Below are positions 45,601-49,526 of a stretch of 49,526 nucleotides of DNA, one piece after another. Within the stretch, counting starts at the first letter, position 1, and each line of letters starts with the position of its first letter. Origin of the DNA: Escherichia phage Henu7; the sequence record NC_054894.1. One strand, given 5' to 3'. Made by a program: the position numbers and the translations under genes. Below the pieces are notes generated by a model. That model made no database searches. It was not told the DNA's origin and saw nothing but the letters and a program-made list of their open reading frames with translations.

Positions 45601-46174
45601 GGATTTATCCTCAAACGTCACGAGGTTGGATCAGTCTATCGCGAGCGAGACTCAAGCGAGATCCAGTGCTGACACTGCGTTGTCAACTCGTGTTGGTAAA
45701 ACTGAATCGGCAATTACTCAGAAGCTTGACTCTTGGGTAGACAACGGATCTATAGGTGCTCAGTACGCTCTCAAGCTTGGGATTAAACGTGCTGGTGTTG
45801 AGTACACGGCTGGAGTTTCGCTATCGCTAATCCAGTCAGGTAGCGAGATAAAATCTCAATTCCTGGTTGATGCGGCGAGGTTCGGGGTAATGACTAGGCA
45901 GGGAGGAAGCTACACATTGCCGTTTGTAGTTGATAATGGAACGGTTATCATGAATACGGCGCTAATTAAAAACGGCTCTATAACCAACGCAATGATTGGT
46001 AACGTGATTCAGTCAAATAATTATGTTGCTGGCAAGTCCGGTTGGAGGCTGGACAAAAACGGAAACCTTGAGATCAATGGCAGCGCCGGAAATGGCAGAC
46101 TGACCATTAACAATAACATTATCGCGGTTTACGATGGTAATGGTGTCTTGAGGGTTCGAATGGGGTTGTTCTAA
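42638..46174 (+). CDS. tail tip / central tail fibre protein (lambda J-like host specificity protein)
   Basis: About 1178 aa after M/L/K/I; RBS GGAGG; C-terminal region with ETEAR-type repeats. Confidence 0.8.
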   Translation: MISGNKGGSSKPYTPKEMEDNLISINKIKILLAVSDGEVDGEFSLKNLYLDDVPVQNADGSLNYSGVSAEFRPGTQTQDYIKGFSDTSSEVTIQRDLAQNNPYSIAVTNKSLSAIRIKILMPQGYKQEDNGDLVGVSVQYAVDMAVDGGSFKRVLTDTITGKTKSGYDRSQRIDLPAFNEQVILRVSRITPDSNTGRVVDAIRLQSYAEVVDAKFRYPLTGLVYVEFDSELFPTQLPNISIKKKWKLIKVPVNYDPDSRTYSGSWNGLFKTAWSNNPAWVLYDLITNQRYGLDQRELGIEIDKWSIYEAAQYCDQMVPDGKGGLEPRYLCDVVIQSQIEAFNLIRDICSIFRGMSFWNGESLSIVVDKPRDPSYIFSNDNVVNGDFQYTFASEKSMYTQCNVTFDDEQNMYSQDIEGVFDTEAALRFGHNPTSITAIGCTRRSEANRRGRWILKTNLRSTTVNFATGLEGMIPTIGDVIAIADNFWSSNLTLNLSGRVMEVSGLQVFLPFRVDARPGDFILINKPDGKPVKRTISRVSADGKTIELNVGFGFDVKPDTVFAIDRTDLALQQYVVTGITRGDDTEQFTYSITAVEYDPNKYDEIDYGVNIDDRPTSIVNPGVMRAPENVQVSSYSRIVQGQSVETMVVSWDKVEYASLYDVQWRKDNSNWLNVPQTANKEVSVEGIYSGNYFVRVRSVSASGSTSPWSGVVSAALTGKVGEPKMPINLTASDNEIFGIRVKWGMPEGAGDTAYIELQQAPDVDGMASEENATLLTLVPYPQMEYWHATLPPGYINWYRVRSVDRIGNVSAWTDFVRGMSSTNVDDVLGDILDDILNSAGFEEFKENAVDTANKVKDQAQSVIQNALAIDTNLRWNRVENGKRKAEHGQALELIANETEARIQAVDVLRTEFDEGISSNITEVKTLISNEAETRASQVQQLESTFTTEIGKTNANVSSAQQAIAKETEARTQAVSSLDSKFTGQINGVKQDLSSNVTRLDQSIASETQARSSADTALSTRVGKTESAITQKLDSWVDNGSIGAQYALKLGIKRAGVEYTAGVSLSLIQSGSEIKSQFLVDAARFGVMTRQGGSYTLPFVVDNGTVIMNTALIKNGSITNAMIGNVIQSNNYVAGKSGWRLDKNGNLEINGSAGNGRLTINNNIIAVYDGNGVLRVRMGLF

Positions 46175-46179
46175 CAGAA

Positions 46180-46209
46180 AAGGGAGCCTTGCGGCTCCCT
46201 CTTTTTTTA
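46180..46209. terminator. intrinsic terminator between convergent J-like gene and leftward gene
   Basis: Hairpin GGGAGCCTTGCGGCTCCC followed by TCTTTTTTT. Confidence 0.7.
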
Positions 46210-46539
46210 CATCAATTTGTTGTGGTCAACAGGGATTCTGTTTGTTTGCTTGGTGATCATATCAAGCTTGTATTCATCGCCGCGCTTCCACTCGAATCGA
46301 AGGGTATACGTGTTAGCGTCACCGTAGCACATTACGTGCTTGAATTTTCGCAAGTGCTTATCAAAGATCGCGTTTGTGCTCTCCTCAATCTTCAACGTCC
46401 GATCTGAGCAGTTTACAACGGCGACGGTTGAGCCAGTAAGAGACATTCTGGAAGCTTCAACCGGATAGCCGATATTAACGTTCAAAGCCATAGCGTTTAA
46501 GGGAGCTACAAGAGCCATAGCGAGCATGATTTTTTTCAT
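46207..46539 (-). CDS. secreted/periplasmic small protein (candidate superinfection-exclusion or receptor-masking factor)
   Basis: Start ATG 46539 (MKKIMLAMALVAPLNAMA...) with signal peptide; own regulatory unit upstream on minus strand. Confidence 0.55.
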   Translation of the reverse strand: MKKIMLAMALVAPLNAMALNVNIGYPVEASRMSLTGSTVAVVNCSDRTLKIEESTNAIFDKHLRKFKHVMCYGDANTYTLRFEWKRGDEYKLDMITKQTNRIPVDHNKLM

Positions 46540-46596
46540 TTGCATTTCCTCGTTTCGTTAAGTTGAAATGAGTATAGCCCCATTTGCGTGGCTTGT

Positions 46597-46614
46597 TTTA
46601 GCAATTTGTGCGGT
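46597..46614 (-). promoter_or_regulatory. palindromic element plus TATACT
   Basis: Minus strand reads CCGCACAAATTGCTAAAA, then TATACT and leader AACGAAACGAGGA. Confidence 0.4.
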
Positions 46615-47267
46615 TAGTTGTAACCCTGGAATTTTGCGTATGGTATTTTGAGGTTTCCGCGCCCGTTAAATATTTCAGAGAAAGATCGCTGGTTTCTTCT
46701 GATCCAGTATGTCTGCAACTGCGAACCAGTCCAGCGCATGAGGTTTCCTGAATAACCCTGCGTTTCTCCGTCGTCGCTCCATTCGCCGTAGCAGGCATCC
46801 CAGAGAAAGAATGGGTTAAAACCTGGAGTCACTGAGGCAACGTTAGCCTCAAGGTTGAATGAAGCCGGAACGTCAAGGAATCCCATTATTCGAGGCATTG
46901 TTGCGGCGCTAGCGGCAGTCCAAACAAGATTACCGGAAGCGTCGAATACGTCGAGATAGCCTGACGTAAGCGCCTTGTTTCTCGAAGTCCTGATTATCCT
47001 GATTGCGTTAGTGCTGAACATATCCGCGCCAGGGTAGCCCCACTGGTTATTACCTGTAAACTGAATCCAGGTTAGAAAGCCATCCTTGCGCTTATCACCA
47101 TCGCGAAGATTGCCAAGGGCTTTAACGTTGCCAAATGGCGTGCTTAGGCTGTAAGCCCCAACGTCAATTAGCGGTTGCGGAGTGTAGATAGAATCAAAGA
47201 TCGTATGCTTTTGATCTGAGTTGATCAGGACAACACCCGCGTTATTACGTACCTCAAAGCCTGACAT
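46614..47267 (-). CDS. hypothetical protein, paralog of next gene (possible tail-fibre-associated)
   Basis: Shares DASGNLV motif with 47276..47581. Confidence 0.45.
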   Translation of the reverse strand: MSGFEVRNNAGVVLINSDQKHTIFDSIYTPQPLIDVGAYSLSTPFGNVKALGNLRDGDKRKDGFLTWIQFTGNNQWGYPGADMFSTNAIRIIRTSRNKALTSGYLDVFDASGNLVWTAASAATMPRIMGFLDVPASFNLEANVASVTPGFNPFFLWDACYGEWSDDGETQGYSGNLMRWTGSQLQTYWIRRNQRSFSEIFNGRGNLKIPYAKFQGYN

Positions 47268-47275
47268 AAAGCCTC

Positions 47276-47581
47276 CTAGTTAAACATGTAAACTTCAATG
47301 GTAAGAGTCTGATCAACAAGCGGATTGCTTGTTGGCAGGTAAAGAACATCAACGCCGCCGTTTCTCGTCACGGCTGCATAGCTTGGTTTATACACAGCGC
47401 CAGCAGATGCCGCCATGACAACCGCGAACGAGTTGGAACCAGTCAGCCCAGCTACGTTGAAAGAAACCGCGCGAGTAGTTCGCGGGAATGAAATGTTTTG
47501 CCGGACAACAAAGCGCGTACTGAAATCGCCAAGATCGACAACCAGGTTTCCGCTTGCATCCCAGGCTTGAAGACCAGGCAT
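47276..47581 (-). CDS. hypothetical protein (DASGNLV motif)
   Basis: Motif WDASGNLVVD; first gene of a leftward unit transcribed out of the AT-rich control region. Confidence 0.45.
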   Translation of the reverse strand: MPGLQAWDASGNLVVDLGDFSTRFVVRQNISFPRTTRAVSFNVAGLTGSNSFAVVMAASAGAVYKPSYAAVTRNGGVDVLYLPTSNPLVDQTLTIEVYMFN

Positions 47582-47769
47582 AATGCCACCTCTCTAGTTT
47601 GCTTATTAAGTGCATTTAATATACAGGCGCGGCGTAATCATTTCAATGGCAAATGCAAAACCTTACCTTGATTGTTCTTTTTGTTTCTCGATGTTCTCTA
47701 TTGCGCCCACCGCAGAATCGCACAACGTTTCAGAACAGAAAAAACAAAATAAATCATCTATAATATATA

Positions 47770-47815
47770 ATAAAATCAATAGTTTAGTTTATATGTATTT
47801 GTATATTGTTATTTA
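47770..47815. repeat. AT-rich conserved element, copy 2
   Basis: ATAAAATCAATAGTTTA identical to 17254..17270, followed by a similar TTTATATGTATTTGTATATTGTT tract. Confidence 0.7.
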
Positions 47816-48030
47816 TTGTTTCCAGTGTTTCAGTGTTAATTGATGTACTGGCTTTCTTTAGTCTTGATATCTCTATTATCCATTTGATGTGTGTATTTAT
47901 ATAAACCCCACCGCAAATCCGTGAACAATGAAACAAAAAATAACGACGTTTAAAATCATTCACTTAAGAGCTGATTTTGTTATCGAGGTTGAAAGATGTG
48001 TTTCGAGAACAGAAAAAACAATTGAAGGTA

Positions 48031-48058
48031 TTGACTAAACGCCACAAATGGCTACAAT
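48031..48058 (+). promoter_or_regulatory. candidate sigma70 promoter for recombination operon
   Basis: TTGACT, 16-nt spacer, TACAAT, about 30 nt upstream of RBS CAGGAG and ATG 48089. Confidence 0.5.
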
Positions 48059-48088
48059 GCACGTATACCAACACACAGGAGCGAAAGA

Positions 48089-49147
48089 ATGAGTGAGTTT
48101 AAAGTTTTCACTAGCGCAGAAATGCCGAACGAGGTTTATCACGATCCGAATAGCTGGACGGCTGAGTACACAAGCGGATCGAATCTGGCTGAGGTTTTCC
48201 AGTCCTCCCCCGCATCCTGGAAATTTAAGGAGCGAGACGAAAACGCAAAGCCGCTAATTTTCGGCACTCAGTCGCATACAAACTTTGAGAGCAAGGCACT
48301 GTTTGAGGCTCAATATCGCAGAGCGCCAGCGCCGGAGGACTTCAAAGATCTTATTACCAGCCAAACGGCTCTCGCTGCGAAATTGAAATCTTTCGGCCTG
48401 AAAGGTACAAGCGGGAAGCAGTATCCAGATCTGATTAAGATGATGGTTGATTGTGGTGAGGATTTGCAGGTTCAATGGCTGATTGAAATGATCGCAGAAT
48501 CCGAAGCGCGTGCGGCTGGGGTTGAGCTTGTAAACGCAAAAGATTATGACGCTTGCGTAGCCATGCGCCAGGTTCTTGAGTCGATACCAGAGCACAATGC
48601 GTGCATGAATAGCCCAACAGCACAGCGCGAGCTTTCGATTTTCGGTGTTATCAATGGCGTTAAGGTTAAAGTACGACTTGATCACATTGACGAATGCGAA
48701 AACGTAGAGTTTACGCTAATCACTGGATATGACGACAAAGGACAGCCGATTTGCGAGGACGTTATTTATCCTGAGGCTATTGTGATCACGGACTATAAAA
48801 CCACAATGAGCGCCAATCCTCTTGAATTTGAGCGCCTGGCATTCAATCACGGCTACTATTTAAAAATGGCCTTGCAGCATGATTTATTCCGCAAGGCTTA
48901 CCCGAACGAAACGCGCCCCGTAGTGGTTCGACTTCTGGCGCAGGAGAAGAAAAAGCCTTACTTGCCGCTGGCGTACCGAATGAACAGCGAGCAACTCAAG
49001 ATCGGGCGCATTCAGTACATGAGCGTAATCAATCAGTTTGCAATGTGCCAGGCGCATAACATCTGGCCTTCATACGCAAACGGAGCGCCGGAGGTTTCGC
49101 TTACTACTCCTGATTGGGTTCGCCGCCAATACAAAGAATTTCTGTAA
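48089..49147 (+). CDS. PD-(D/E)xK family exonuclease (recombination exonuclease partner of ERF)
   Basis: Motif ITDYKT followed by YY..Q, typical of RecB/Cas4-like nuclease motif III; located upstream of ERF and SSB. Confidence 0.55.
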   Translation: MSEFKVFTSAEMPNEVYHDPNSWTAEYTSGSNLAEVFQSSPASWKFKERDENAKPLIFGTQSHTNFESKALFEAQYRRAPAPEDFKDLITSQTALAAKLKSFGLKGTSGKQYPDLIKMMVDCGEDLQVQWLIEMIAESEARAAGVELVNAKDYDACVAMRQVLESIPEHNACMNSPTAQRELSIFGVINGVKVKVRLDHIDECENVEFTLITGYDDKGQPICEDVIYPEAIVITDYKTTMSANPLEFERLAFNHGYYLKMALQHDLFRKAYPNETRPVVVRLLAQEKKKPYLPLAYRMNSEQLKIGRIQYMSVINQFAMCQAHNIWPSYANGAPEVSLTTPDWVRRQYKEFL

Positions 49148-49188
49148 ACAGCACAAATAGCTAAACAAGTGAAAATGGAGGTGTTATA

Positions 49189-49518
49189 ATGCCTCCATCA
49201 AGTCAACAAAGAGAGGATATCAAAATGGAAAACATCACCAATGAAGAAATGATTAGCGCGGCATGCGAAGCTCATATGAGTATTTTTGTACACCGCATCA
49301 CTTTCGCCATGAAGGACTTTGTTAAGCCGCTCAATCCGGCAGACGGCGAAGAAGAAATGAAATACATCCGTGATGTGATGGAGGCGGTTTACAACGTTGT
49401 GGCGACTGCGCTGATGGTCAAAGAGGATCCCGAAGCAATCAAGATGATGAAGGAATCCACCGACAAGCTTATCAATCAGCTTATCGAGATCCATAACGGC
49501 GGCGAAGTTAAGCACTAA
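49189..49518 (+). CDS. hypothetical acidic protein
   Basis: RBS GGAGGTG before ATG 49189; an alternative start at 49225 is possible. Confidence 0.45.
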   Translation: MPPSSQQREDIKMENITNEEMISAACEAHMSIFVHRITFAMKDFVKPLNPADGEEEMKYIRDVMEAVYNVVATALMVKEDPEAIKMMKESTDKLINQLIEIHNGGEVKH

Positions 49519-49526
49519 TCAATAAC

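Noticed and set aside
47610-47843. 77-aa ORF in the second AT-rich control region
   Set aside because: Same reasoning: AT-rich non-coding DNA, no RBS, low-complexity translation.-
1-49526. Integrase, excisionase, attachment site or repressor indicating a temperate lifestyle
   Set aside because: No tyrosine or serine recombinase-like ORF, no CI-like repressor with peptidase domain and no tRNA-adjacent att site were seen; gene content is consistent with a virulent T1-like phage.-

Overview
The window reads as a nearly complete, densely coded genome of a T1-like (Drexlerviridae-type) siphovirus of enterobacteria, not a bacterial chromosome segment. This is inferred from gene content and order only; no database search was possible. 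The first gene (ERF-like recombinase) appears to be cut by the window start. Layout: a rightward recombination module (PD-(D/E)xK exonuclease, small ORF, ERF, SSB; 48089..end and 1..1075); a leftward tail fibre, primase and HTH regulator (1104..4500); a rightward helicase, VRR-NUC nuclease, lipoprotein moron, Dam-like methyltransferase, small ORFs and an HTH-metallophosphoesterase (4590..10381); the lysis cassette (holin, SAR endolysin, unimolecular spanin; 10509..11613); a leftward early operon with a 525-aa P-loop ATPase and a C5-methyltransferase-like protein (11746..16887); a rightward array of about 30 small early ORFs including a HAD phosphatase and a dNMP-kinase-like protein (17611..26211); the packaging, head and tail module (26281..46174, with a -1 frameshifted G/GT chaperone and lambda-like M/L/K/I/J genes); and a leftward trio next to J (46207..47581). 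No tRNA, rRNA, CRISPR array, integrase or transposase was seen. The most unusual signal is regulatory: about 20 copies of a palindrome TAGCA-N5-TGCTA, usually followed by a GC-rich hairpin, a TATAAT/TATAGT-like hexamer and a conserved CGAAACGAA leader, sit at gene boundaries on both strands. Two long AT-rich non-coding regions (about 16.9-17.6 kb and 47.6-48.1 kb) share a conserved core and TTGAT-type repeats. Product calls rest on motifs recognised by eye and need HMM or BLAST confirmation.
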